A stretch of 14,854 bases of DNA from an uncultured archaeon (GTDB lineage Archaea; Thermoplasmatota; Penumbrarchaeia; JASLWR01), in assembly GCA_964430885.1 (NCBI GenBank), contig CAYSHM010000013.1:1-14854 (forward strand), given 5' to 3'. Every line of letters starts with the position of its first letter. The first letter of the stretch is position 1. The translations under genes and the position numbers were made by a program. Shown here piece by piece: positions 1 through 8,313 of this stretch. The notes below the pieces were generated by a model. The model saw only the letters and a program-made list of their open reading frames with translations. It was not told the DNA's origin and did no database searches.

Positions 1-15
1 CCCTAGATTTTAGGG
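1..15. promoter_or_regulatory. Inverted repeat CCCTA-GATTT-TAGGG upstream of the PadR operon; candidate operator (may be truncated by the window edge)
   Basis: 5-bp arms seen directly, about 30 nt before ATG 45. Operator role is inferred from PadR proteins binding short inverted repeats. Confidence 0.3.
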
Positions 16-44
16 TGCTGGCAGCGGAAAAGGAGGTATTGAAC

Positions 45-1619
45 ATGAAAACGGATCATGAGAATAAATCCCGCCTGAAGGCAGGTTTAATTACTTTATC
101 TATCTTAACCAGCTTGATCTCCCTCTCCGGCATTGTTTTCGCCGAAGAGACCGAAACAACTTTCTTTGATGGTAATCTGGTGTTGAGGACTGGGACCATC
201 AACGAGACTAATCCCGCCCCCTGGGACAATGATGATGAGAAGGAGGTTAAGAAAGAGGATATGGGCGATTATATCGCTGTAAGGTTCAGCAAGGATGCAT
301 GGTTCTTTCTTCTCTATGGAAATGAAGAAAACCATAACGGCATCATGATGGCGACCTTTCAGCTCCGGTATCTCGGCGGCGCAACTGTGAAGGATTCCAT
401 GGGGAACACCATCGTGGAGAAGATAGGAATACCCGTGATAACGGTCTATGGCCACAAGTTCTTCAGCTTTATCGAGTTCCAGGATGTCGGTTACCGAGAG
501 AAGAACATGTTCATGGAGGACGAAGACGAGCTCATAGGTGCGGGGAACAACCTCTGGGATTTCAAGAGAACGCATGATGGGATCCAGAACATGGATAACA
601 GTTTCATATCCGCCGAACCCGTTATCAAGGCGCTGGACCTGAATACCTCATGGAAATGCAGTGAGATAATAGATGTCGAGAGCGAAAATGCGGACCGAAA
701 GGATTGGGAGTTCTCCCTCACCGCCAAGAATCTTTCGTACGGTGACGGACAGGGGAAGATATGGGACCCCGAATTTGTTCCCGACGGGACCTCGGCCACT
801 CTCCTCGACCAGGTCACCTTTACCTTTCATCTGAACGTCACCCTCGATCGCGGTGTGGAGATCAACGATATTCCGTGGTATGATGTGGAGGTGAACGTGG
901 ATGATGAGAACAACGTGGAACTCATGGACTCTCACAGGGCGGGCGAGCGGGATTTCACCGGGATCTCGGTCAATGCGGAATACAAGTATGACCATTACAT
1001 CAAGGGATGGGACTTCAAGGACGACAATGAAAGCTCCAAGCTAATGCTTGAGAGCTTTTCCATATTCGCCACAGTTATCCCGGATATAGTCAACGATTGG
1101 TTCAACAGGGAGTTCGTCACGGGGATCGACGAAGCCCTTGGAGTCGCCGAATACGATTATTACAATGCCGGAAACATTGTAGATACAAAAATTTCCGATC
1201 CTGTGGATATGCCCACGGTAGCCACCCAGATAGCGAAGGAGCATATCACGTTCAGGGACAACTGGCACAGGGTAGGGGAACTCTCTTGGATAAGCGATGT
1301 GGAGGTGGATGGGGAGAACGATTCCATGTACTACCAGGTTCACGCGGGCCATAACCAGCAGAACCGAACTGATAAGGACGACGCGCATTTCTTTGCTCTG
1401 GTGGTCATGGGAGGGTACATCTATCCCGTGGGGGGAGAGATATTTCACGATCCCACATTCACCGCTGTCGCCCTAATAATCGACGACCTTTCCACCATTA
1501 CCCTGAACGTCCTCTCGGGGACTGGCTCCATGATCCAGTTCTTTCTCGCCACTTTGGCTGTGATAATCGCCATCACCATCCACGTGAGAAGGAAAAGACG
1601 GCAAAAGAAAGATATTTGA
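45..1619 (+). CDS. Secreted, C-terminally membrane-anchored acidic surface glycoprotein of unknown function (524 aa)
   Basis: AGGAGGT RBS at 31-37 favours ATG 45 over GTG 15. N-terminal signal peptide (KSRLK, hydrophobic stretch, VFA|E), C-terminal hydrophobic helix followed by RRKRRQKK, seven N-x-S/T sequons (NET, NTS, NLS, NVT, NES, NDS, NRT). Confidence 0.85.
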   Translation: MKTDHENKSRLKAGLITLSILTSLISLSGIVFAEETETTFFDGNLVLRTGTINETNPAPWDNDDEKEVKKEDMGDYIAVRFSKDAWFFLLYGNEENHNGIMMATFQLRYLGGATVKDSMGNTIVEKIGIPVITVYGHKFFSFIEFQDVGYREKNMFMEDEDELIGAGNNLWDFKRTHDGIQNMDNSFISAEPVIKALDLNTSWKCSEIIDVESENADRKDWEFSLTAKNLSYGDGQGKIWDPEFVPDGTSATLLDQVTFTFHLNVTLDRGVEINDIPWYDVEVNVDDENNVELMDSHRAGERDFTGISVNAEYKYDHYIKGWDFKDDNESSKLMLESFSIFATVIPDIVNDWFNREFVTGIDEALGVAEYDYYNAGNIVDTKISDPVDMPTVATQIAKEHITFRDNWHRVGELSWISDVEVDGENDSMYYQVHAGHNQQNRTDKDDAHFFALVVMGGYIYPVGGEIFHDPTFTAVALIIDDLSTITLNVLSGTGSMIQFFLATLAVIIAITIHVRRKRRQKKDI

Positions 1620-1644
1620 TAAAAATTCAATTATAGAGGATCAT

Positions 1645-1986
1645 ATGAAGGAAAAAGGCTGGGATACGGAGTTCAAGAAGGGCGGGATACAGATGTGTGT
1701 CCTCGCCCTTCTCTCCAGGGAAAGGAAATACGGGTTCCAGATAATCAAGGAATTGAGATCCGGCACCGACAGTTACTATGACCTGAAGGAGGGAACCCTG
1801 TACCCGACACTGCACAGATTGAAGAAAAGGGGCTATCTCAAAAGCGAATGGGTTGTAGGCGAGTCTGCCCCCCCGCGTAATTACTATTCGATCACGAAGA
1901 AGGGCAGGAAAGCCCTGGGGCAGGCCAAGGATGAATGGGAGCGAATGATAAAAGGGACCGCGAAATTACTGGAGGAATACAAATGA
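1645..1986 (+). CDS. PadR-family winged-helix transcriptional regulator (113 aa)
   Basis: Motifs YGFQIIKEL, EGTLYPTLHRL..RGYL, R.YYSIT.KG; AGAGGA RBS upstream. Confidence 0.95.
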   Translation: MKEKGWDTEFKKGGIQMCVLALLSRERKYGFQIIKELRSGTDSYYDLKEGTLYPTLHRLKKRGYLKSEWVVGESAPPRNYYSITKKGRKALGQAKDEWERMIKGTAKLLEEYK

Positions 1987-2633
1987 CCGTTAACGATTCG
2001 GGGAAATCGCCCGATATTGAGGACTATCTGGTCCGGTTGAAACGCAAGCTCCGTTTCATGTCGAAAAGGAACAAGGAGAACATCATCGCCGAGGTAAGGT
2101 CCCATCTGTTCGAATCCGCAAATGACCTGGGAGGCCTGGAGAAGAACAACGTGGATATTGCCATTGCGAAGTACGGCGACCCGAAAAAAATCGCCCGCAA
2201 CTACAAGCAGATCCACGGCTATGGAAAATTCATTTCCATGGTGTTCATATTCCTCAATTTCATTCTTGGTGTGTTCACAGTTCCCTTGCTGATACCTGCA
2301 TTCAACAATAAACTGTCAATGCTGAACTCGGCCTGCTTGATAGGCAGTACCACGCTCCTCATCCTACTTTTCGTCTTTATTTTCTTCTGCGGGATAAGGT
2401 TCGGCAAATGGGTTGGTCTGGCAGCGGGTCTCGCGGCTCTTGCTTCACGGGGCCTGACCGTTGTGATATTGACCGGTGCCCTGTCTAAACCGGAGAACCT
2501 TGAGGTCACAGCTACGGGGGGACCTTGCTTCCTGTTGGCCGTGGTCTCCTTTATGCTGCCCCTGGCCGGTTTCATTGCCGGGAGAACTTTCGTTCATTTC
2601 ATGATAAGGAATGGTGAGATCGACTGGGATTGA
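1983..2633 (+). CDS. HAAS/DUF1700-like N-terminal domain plus about four TM helices (216 aa)
   Basis: IEDYLVRLKRKL...IIAEVRSHL...AIAKYGDPKKIA matches the HAAS/DUF1700 pattern. ATGA overlap with the PadR stop (1983-1986) and GGAGGA RBS at 1971-1976. Confidence 0.88.
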   Translation: MTVNDSGKSPDIEDYLVRLKRKLRFMSKRNKENIIAEVRSHLFESANDLGGLEKNNVDIAIAKYGDPKKIARNYKQIHGYGKFISMVFIFLNFILGVFTVPLLIPAFNNKLSMLNSACLIGSTTLLILLFVFIFFCGIRFGKWVGLAAGLAALASRGLTVVILTGALSKPENLEVTATGGPCFLLAVVSFMLPLAGFIAGRTFVHFMIRNGEIDWD

Positions 2634-2634
2634 T

Positions 2635-2994
2635 CTATACCTGACTCTGCTTTTCACGTTCGATCCAATCTCCTCCCTAGACCGGGAAGAAGTCTTCCGG
2701 CCCCTGTTCTATTTTTTACAACAAGCACAACCTTTGCCGCGTTTCCACCATGCACCGGGAATAATGGGCGGGGGAACCCTCGAGTTAGTCTCTCTTAGCA
2801 AGTGTAGTGCAGATGATCTCGTATACTTCCACGGTGATGGATCCCTTCCCGGTCACAACATAGGGGTAGAAACCGTTGGAATACATGTCTAACCTGTGTA
2901 ACTGGTCGATTCCGATTAACCTGCCGCCGTTCAGAAAATATTGGTTGTAACGTCCCTTCCTGAGACTGCCATTATCCAGAAAGGAGTGGGTCGT
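2635..2994 (-). pseudogene. Decayed gamma-glutamylcyclotransferase (AIG2/YtfP-like) pseudogene
   Basis: One frame reads GSLRKG..NQYFL...MYSNGFYPYVVTGKGSITVEVYEI...D*LEGSPAHYSR...LL*KI...PV*GGDW, with in-frame stops at 2787-2785, 2718-2716 and 2679-2677 and a terminal TAG at 2637-2635. The probable original start is now ACG (2994) after GGTGGA. Confidence 0.8.
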
Positions 2995-3084
2995 TCCACC
3001 CGCAAAGTAGAATATTGAGCGTTTGCATCGAGGAAAATTGATCATCTTAAAGTATTATGTCCACTCATTTATAACAACATAGGG

Positions 3085-3091
3085 TTAAATA
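3085..3091 (+). promoter_or_regulatory. TATA-like box for a probably leaderless DGGGP synthase transcript
   Basis: TTAAATA 23 nt before ATG 3115, with no clear SD. Confidence 0.5.
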
Positions 3092-3114
3092 GAATCCACC
3101 TTTTTGGATGTAGA

Positions 3115-3963
3115 ATGCATTATCTCCTGAAAATCACTCGACCCGTCACAAGTTTCATGGCCGCCTTGTCAGTTTTCATAGGTGCAGTTGTAATTGCAGG
3201 TCGGGACATTATTAACTTCATTCCTTCGGTGGCATTCTCATTTTTTACCGTGTTTTTCATATGTGCGGGTGGATTTGTGATGAACGATTATCTTGATCGG
3301 GAAGGCGACAAGATCAATCATCCTGAACGTCCGATTCCATCAAAGAAAATCTCACCAAAAAAAGCTTTGGTCCTCTCGATATTAATTTTTGTTGGAGGGC
3401 TCGCTTGCATAAATATTCTGCTTTGGGTCTTCAACCCAATTTCGGTTATCATTGTAATTTTGGGTGCGGGTATTCTGGTGTCCTATGAACTTGGGATCAA
3501 GAAGATCGGAGTCGCATCAAACGCTGCTATCGGGGTTCTCGTGGGACTGACCTACATTTTCGGGAGTTTTTTAGTGCTGCCCCCTGGAGAAATATTTAGA
3601 TTAAATATAACACATATACTAGCCCTTCTGGCTTTTTGCACGATCATGGGCAGGGAGATAATTATGGATATTGAGGATATGGAGGGTGATCTGAATCGCA
3701 ATACTCTACCCCGCAAGGTTGGGAAGAAAAAATCGGCTATGATAGCTTCCTCTTTTTTATTTTTCTCTATACTTATCGGGCCCCTGCCTCTCTTTCCTCT
3801 GGGAATGCTGAATTTTTATTACCTCCCGTTCCTGATAGTTGGTGACGGTATAATCCTGTATTCGATATTCAAACAGCTGCAATCTCCAGCTCTAGTTAGG
3901 AAAACAACAAAGATAGCTATGCTCATATCATCTGTGGGGTTCATAGTCGGGAGTTTTAGGTGA
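3115..3963 (+). CDS. UbiA-family prenyltransferase, digeranylgeranylglyceryl-phosphate (DGGGP) synthase-like
   Basis: NDYLDREGDKINHPERPIPS and GREIIMDIEDMEGD Asp-rich motifs, TLP motif, multiple TM helices. Confidence 0.88.
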   Translation: MHYLLKITRPVTSFMAALSVFIGAVVIAGRDIINFIPSVAFSFFTVFFICAGGFVMNDYLDREGDKINHPERPIPSKKISPKKALVLSILIFVGGLACINILLWVFNPISVIIVILGAGILVSYELGIKKIGVASNAAIGVLVGLTYIFGSFLVLPPGEIFRLNITHILALLAFCTIMGREIIMDIEDMEGDLNRNTLPRKVGKKKSAMIASSFLFFSILIGPLPLFPLGMLNFYYLPFLIVGDGIILYSIFKQLQSPALVRKTTKIAMLISSVGFIVGSFR

Positions 3964-4153
3964 ACATTCTTCGGATACTTACAATATGAAAGGATTGAAC
4001 CGTAACAGGAAAATTTCATGATTATGACTAAAAATACTTACTTTTTAAAATACAGTGATTCATATTACTACATGCCTAAACAATAACTATTTTCTAGTGT
4101 CTAATATATGCTGGACTTCACTTCCACAAGAAGTGCGAAGAATTTGGGAGATC

Positions 4154-4186
4154 AAACGAATAACAAAGCCCGAGTTATTTGTTTTT
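4154..4186. terminator. 11-bp hairpin (one G-U pair on +) followed by a T-run, between convergent genes
   Basis: AAACGAATAAC-aaagcccga-GTTATTTGTTT(TT), about 10 nt from the stop of 4196-4609. Confidence 0.4.
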
Positions 4187-4195
4187 GTAAATAAT

Positions 4196-4609
4196 TCACT
4201 TCTTTCTGCATCGGTTCCAATAAACCAGGAACAAAATGCCTGGAACAGCGACTATGATCAATAGAATATAAGGTCCTATGAAGCGGGTGTCTTCAGTTAT
4301 TGGCCAATGAATTAGCAGTATTGGTAAAGTAGCTATACAGAAAAATAGGTTAATTATACCTCCGATTTTTTCCCAACGCCAGGCAATACCCGATCCCAGG
4401 ATCGCCAGGAGCATTAAAATGGGAGGGACGTTCTCGATGAACGGATAATCATCTTCCGCATACGGGTCAGCTTCACCGGTTCTAATCCAGCTCACCGTAT
4501 AACCTATGACCATGATCAGAGCGAATGCTATGATAATGGCGCTCCATATCCGTGCAATCCATAGTATTCGTTTTCCTGTCCGGTCACACGCATGTTTTTC
4601 AGATGCCAT
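4196..4609 (-). CDS. Small hypothetical membrane protein with about four TM helices (137 aa)
   Basis: Four hydrophobic segments, IAWRWEKIGG motif, GAAGGGA upstream of ATG. Confidence 0.8.
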   Translation of the reverse strand: MASEKHACDRTGKRILWIARIWSAIIIAFALIMVIGYTVSWIRTGEADPYAEDDYPFIENVPPILMLLAILGSGIAWRWEKIGGIINLFFCIATLPILLIHWPITEDTRFIGPYILLIIVAVPGILFLVYWNRCRKK

Positions 4610-4700
4610 TGTAGATCCCTTCCATATTTATTCCAAAATCCAATAGATTCTTGATATACATACTTGAGTTCTCTTATATATTATTTCTCAAGTTGGTAGG

Positions 4701-4727
4701 TGATTTAGGTATGTACTTACCTAATCA
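4701..4727. promoter_or_regulatory. Near-perfect palindrome TAGGTATGTACTTACCTA (4706-4723) with TGAT/ATCA flanks; candidate operator
   Basis: 18-bp dyad with a single non-pairing position, lying in the divergent intergenic region. Confidence 0.4.
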
Positions 4728-4945
4728 ATACTTGTAGGATTTCTCTTTTTAAAGATAGGTTACTAGGAACATAACCTCGAAAGATAATGATACAATCAGA
4801 TTTGAAATTTAATTGCAGCGCATGAATTAACATACACAATCAATTAATGGGATCAATAATAGAAATAATTGATCGATACGCCCGTTAATTATTATTATTA
4901 TTACCAACGCATACCTCATAGGGAATAGAACCGAGGGATGTCCAT

Positions 4946-5428
4946 ATGAAGGGGATCAGACGGAAAGAACAGGAGATCAAGGAATATTACGAATTAGCTG
5001 AGATACTTTCCAGGGCCAAGTACATTACCATTGCCATGTGCAGCAATGATGAACCTTATCTGGTCAGCCTCAGTCACGGTTTTGATCCTGAAAAGAAGAT
5101 AATTTATTTTCACAGTGCTCAGGAGGGAAAAAAGACCGCCATTTTGAAAGCGAATCCTGTTGTTTGGGGTCAGGCCCTTCGGGACCACGGTTATGTAGTG
5201 GGTAAATGCGATCACCTTTATTCTACTGTGCATTTCAGAGGAACCGTTACCTTCATAAATGATATTGATGAAAAGCGGAAGGCCCTTCTGATCATGATAT
5301 CCCAGCTGGAAACCGATCCGCAACGGGTCATGAAGAAGCAGATAACACAGAAGTCATTAGTAAGGGTCAATATAGGCCGAATTGATATAACCCATATGAG
5401 CGGAAAAAGGTCCAAGGACCTTATGTAA
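4946..5428 (+). CDS. Pyridoxamine 5'-phosphate oxidase-family / NimA-like flavin-binding protein
   Basis: RRKEQEI N-terminus, EPYLVSLSHG, IYFHSAQEGKK..ILKANP.V, YSTVHFRG, MSGKRS; GAGGGA RBS. Confidence 0.88.
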   Translation: MKGIRRKEQEIKEYYELAEILSRAKYITIAMCSNDEPYLVSLSHGFDPEKKIIYFHSAQEGKKTAILKANPVVWGQALRDHGYVVGKCDHLYSTVHFRGTVTFINDIDEKRKALLIMISQLETDPQRVMKKQITQKSLVRVNIGRIDITHMSGKRSKDLM

Positions 5429-5488
5429 TTGGCGCCAATCCCAAATAACGAAAAAGAGAATAAATACTCACAGATATTTACCTGTTTC

Positions 5489-6103
5489 ATGCAGCGGCTA
5501 AAGTTCATATCGGTTGATATGCAGTATGACTTTACCAGGGAAGGCGGAGTTTGTTTCGCACCCAGGCCAAGTGTCTCTTTTATTCAGGATGAATTGATCC
5601 CGTTTTTCCTGAAGAACAATATCAGGGTCCATGAGATAATCTCGGATTACCGGCAGGAGCGTCCAGGGGACCCCCGGGACTGCTGCAGACCCGGTGAATG
5701 GGGATATACCTCTGAGATACCTAAAGACCTTCTGAAATCCCAGCCATGGATAAAATCCCAGAACTCTCCTGCCTGGATTCGGGATAATATTGGATATGCT
5801 GAAAAAGAACCGGGGCTTCCGTTCCAAGACGGGGATGCATTCTCCAATTGGCTCATTGAGAATATAGGTGCCCCGGAAGAAACCGACGTATGCCTCTTCG
5901 GTCTGGCCCTGGATCGATGTGTACTCAGTACTGCCATGGAGTTGAGGTTCCGCGGTTATCAGGTATATGTATTGGAGGAGGCCACGGATACAAGCTCGGG
6001 ATCCCATGATGAAAAAGAATATCTTCTGAGCAATCCTCCTTTGATCCATTGGGCAGTTGCAATAAGTTTTTCCGAGATTAAAGAACGGTTATCCAGTGAT
6101 TAG
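5489..6103 (+). CDS. Cysteine hydrolase (isochorismatase/nicotinamidase family), 204 aa
   Basis: VDMQYDF (catalytic Asp), IKS (Lys), GLALDRCVLSTA (Cys), RGYQVYVLEEAT. ATAAATA at 5460-5466 supports start 5489. Confidence 0.88.
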   Translation: MQRLKFISVDMQYDFTREGGVCFAPRPSVSFIQDELIPFFLKNNIRVHEIISDYRQERPGDPRDCCRPGEWGYTSEIPKDLLKSQPWIKSQNSPAWIRDNIGYAEKEPGLPFQDGDAFSNWLIENIGAPEETDVCLFGLALDRCVLSTAMELRFRGYQVYVLEEATDTSSGSHDEKEYLLSNPPLIHWAVAISFSEIKERLSSD

Positions 6104-6118
6104 AATTTTAAGAATAAA

Positions 6119-6481
6119 TCATATCCATTCCTCAGGTGCTTTCCTATCATCTTCAGAGTCACCAGTATTGACAGTTCCCGCGGGTTCAATGAGAAGGATC
6201 CTGCATTCTTCGGGAGCATAAGGTTTATGTTCAATACCTTTACTAACCACATGCATTTCTCCCTCTTTCAAAGTTACCCTTCTGTCCCTGTAATCTATAT
6301 GGAGCTGACCTTTTATTATGATAAATGCCTCATCGGTATCCTTATGAATGTGCCATGTGAAATCCCCCTTAATCCTGGCCAGCTTGAAGTGATAATTATT
6401 CAGTTGAGCGATTATTTTGGGGGACCACAGCTTGGATATAAGTTCGAATTTATCTTTGAAGTTTATCACATCTGCAGTCAT
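6119..6481 (-). CDS. Cupin domain protein (mannose-6-phosphate isomerase-like small cupin)
   Basis: [42 protein letters not shown]. Confidence 0.92.
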   Translation of the reverse strand: MTADVINFKDKFELISKLWSPKIIAQLNNYHFKLARIKGDFTWHIHKDTDEAFIIIKGQLHIDYRDRRVTLKEGEMHVVSKGIEHKPYAPEECRILLIEPAGTVNTGDSEDDRKAPEEWI

Positions 6482-6600
6482 ATGGCTTCTTGATTATCAT
6501 AGGCCCTAAATTAAACCATTCATATTGTTTCTTGATTTTATTCATTGAGTTATTCTATTACACGAAGTTTATAATTAATTAATTACAGATGATGTTAACA

Positions 6601-7317
6601 ATGGGATTCCTAGGATGGTTGAAGGATAAAGCGACGGACAATTCCATAGATGAAGAGTTTGTTGAACTGGAAAAGAAGTTCACGGAAGAATGGGATGCAT
6701 GGGCGCGGGAAAAACAATACTCGGTCCTCATTCATATCCCGGAGGACTTTCTAAAAACCTCTTAAAAATCACCTTTTATCCAATGTGATAACCCCAAGAT
6801 ACTATTTCCCCTGATGAAAAAACACGGCAAATACCAAGAGTATTCTTTCTATGTTGAGAAGGAGTTTACAAGTTTTTTATCCTCGGCCACTCACACCTAT
6901 AACTGTATTGTATCAGCAATAAAACTGGACATCGGTGAGGGTGTTATTGAGATGGAGGCGGAACTGGATGAGCTTATTGGCGGCGGTAAAAAGAGCCTGA
7001 TAACCATTAACAGCGATTGGAAGAGGTATTGCTTCAAGGTAAATGGTGAACCCGAAGATTTTGTGAGGAAAGTATTCACCGATAAAATGATGGATTTCAT
7101 CCGTAAATTCGATGAGATGCACATGAGTTATCACGAGGGGTATTTTTTTCTAGTCCGGCCAATGCCGAGAACGGTAGAATTGGGCATCTCCAGAACTAAA
7201 TATGTATACCCGCCGTTTGTTCCAGGTGTTTTCACTGTACTTGAACTGGATTGTCACAGATTGTGGGATGCTCAATGCAAGCTTTGGATAGACCAGATAA
7301 TTGATCAGCTGGAATAG
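6601..7317 (+). pseudogene. Hypothetical gene (238 codons) interrupted by one in-frame TAA at 6763-6765
   Basis: ATG 6601 (MGFLGWLKDKATDNSIDEEF...) is in frame with the 6814 ORF, with only the TAA between them. TTTATAAT box at 6568-6575 lies 25 nt upstream. Confidence 0.6.
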
Positions 7318-7750
7318 AATATCCATCAACCTTTTTCCCGCAGTCATAACACTCACGGTCCATCACACAAACTTCGCCTCCGCAGAAAGGGCATTTCCAT
7401 CTTTCCTTCTGTTCCTCGAGCCATTTCTCAGCACCTATCTTCTCAATGCGCTTCAGTTCATCAATAAGGCTGATATTGTCGTCCTTCAGATGTCTATTGC
7501 TCAAATTAATAAGGTTGTCACATGGGAATACTTCACATTGGAAACAGAACATTATTTCGTTTTTGCGTAATTTCGCGCAATCCCTTCTGACCCATGAGCA
7601 TTTTTTGTTCTGGATCCGGCATCCTCTGCAGCCGTGCTTGAGCTTTTTCTCGGAGAGCTTTCCCTTTGACCTAGCTAGATAATGCCTGCATGTGCCGCAG
7701 TAGAACCCGCAGGGTGCGGCCAAATTGAGCTTGTTCTTTCCCTGTTTCAT
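7232..7750 (-). CDS. DUF3795-like cysteine-rich metal-binding protein with C-terminal zinc ribbon
   Basis: APCGFYCGTC, CRGCR, FCFQCEVFPC, L.RIEKIG.EKWL, CPFCGG...CYDCG. Confidence 0.85.
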   Translation of the reverse strand: MKQGKNKLNLAAPCGFYCGTCRHYLARSKGKLSEKKLKHGCRGCRIQNKKCSWVRRDCAKLRKNEIMFCFQCEVFPCDNLINLSNRHLKDDNISLIDELKRIEKIGAEKWLEEQKERWKCPFCGGEVCVMDRECYDCGKKVDGYSIPADQLSGLSKACIEHPTICDNPVQVQ

Positions 7751-7859
7751 TCAATTACCTATTGGTAATTAATAATTCTGAGTAATTGTTAATTGATATT
7801 TATAAAGGTTTTAATTAACTGTTTTAATCAAACTGTAAATAATCCCTTGTCTACAGGAT

Positions 7860-8141
7860 CTATCTCTTTGCTGTTACCTTTATGAGATGATAGCCGAACT
7901 GGGTCTTCACGGGTTCCGAAAGCCCGTTAACACCAAGGGCGAAGGCCGCCTGCTCGAACTCCGGAACCATCTGGCCCCTTCTGAAAAATCCTAGGTCTCC
8001 CCCTTTTTTCCCTGATGGGCAATTGGAATGCTTCTTTGCCAGACCTGCGAAATCCGCGCCTCTGCTTATTTTATCATACAATTTCTTAGCTAATCTCTCG
8101 TCCTCAACCAATATATGGCTTGCTCTTACCTGAAACGTCAT
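7860..8141 (-). CDS. ppiC: Single-domain parvulin-type peptidyl-prolyl cis-trans isomerase (93 aa)
   Basis: [37 protein letters not shown]; GGTGA RBS. Confidence 0.95.
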   Translation of the reverse strand: MTFQVRASHILVEDERLAKKLYDKISRGADFAGLAKKHSNCPSGKKGGDLGFFRRGQMVPEFEQAAFALGVNGLSEPVKTQFGYHLIKVTAKR

Positions 8142-8313
8142 TTATTTCACCGTTCAATATAATCTGCGGGCATTATCTTTATTGATTTTCCCTATAATGA
8201 GATATTAAGATATTTTCACCTTTTACAGTCAAATCCATGAACAGGGTCAACCCCTATTCTGTCATTCCAAAGATTCCATAATGCTTAAGTAATCACAGCA
8301 GCATCAAAACTAT

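Noticed and set aside
2108-2117. tRNA T-loop-like GTTCGAATCC
   Set aside because: No T-stem or cloverleaf pairing, and it lies inside the HAAS coding sequence.
2611-2892. 93-aa plus-strand ORF and the many other antisense or nested ORFs in the track
   Set aside because: They overlap better-supported genes or the GGCT pseudogene and show no recognisable motifs.
4154-4184. Integron attC site (TAAC...GTTA)
   Set aside because: Far shorter than an attC, not repeated after other genes, neighbouring genes alternate strands, and no integrase is present.
2635-7317. Stop-codon reassignment (TAA/TAG read as sense) explaining the interrupted genes
   Set aside because: TAA, TAG and TGA all terminate intact genes in this window, and conserved long genes contain no internal stops.
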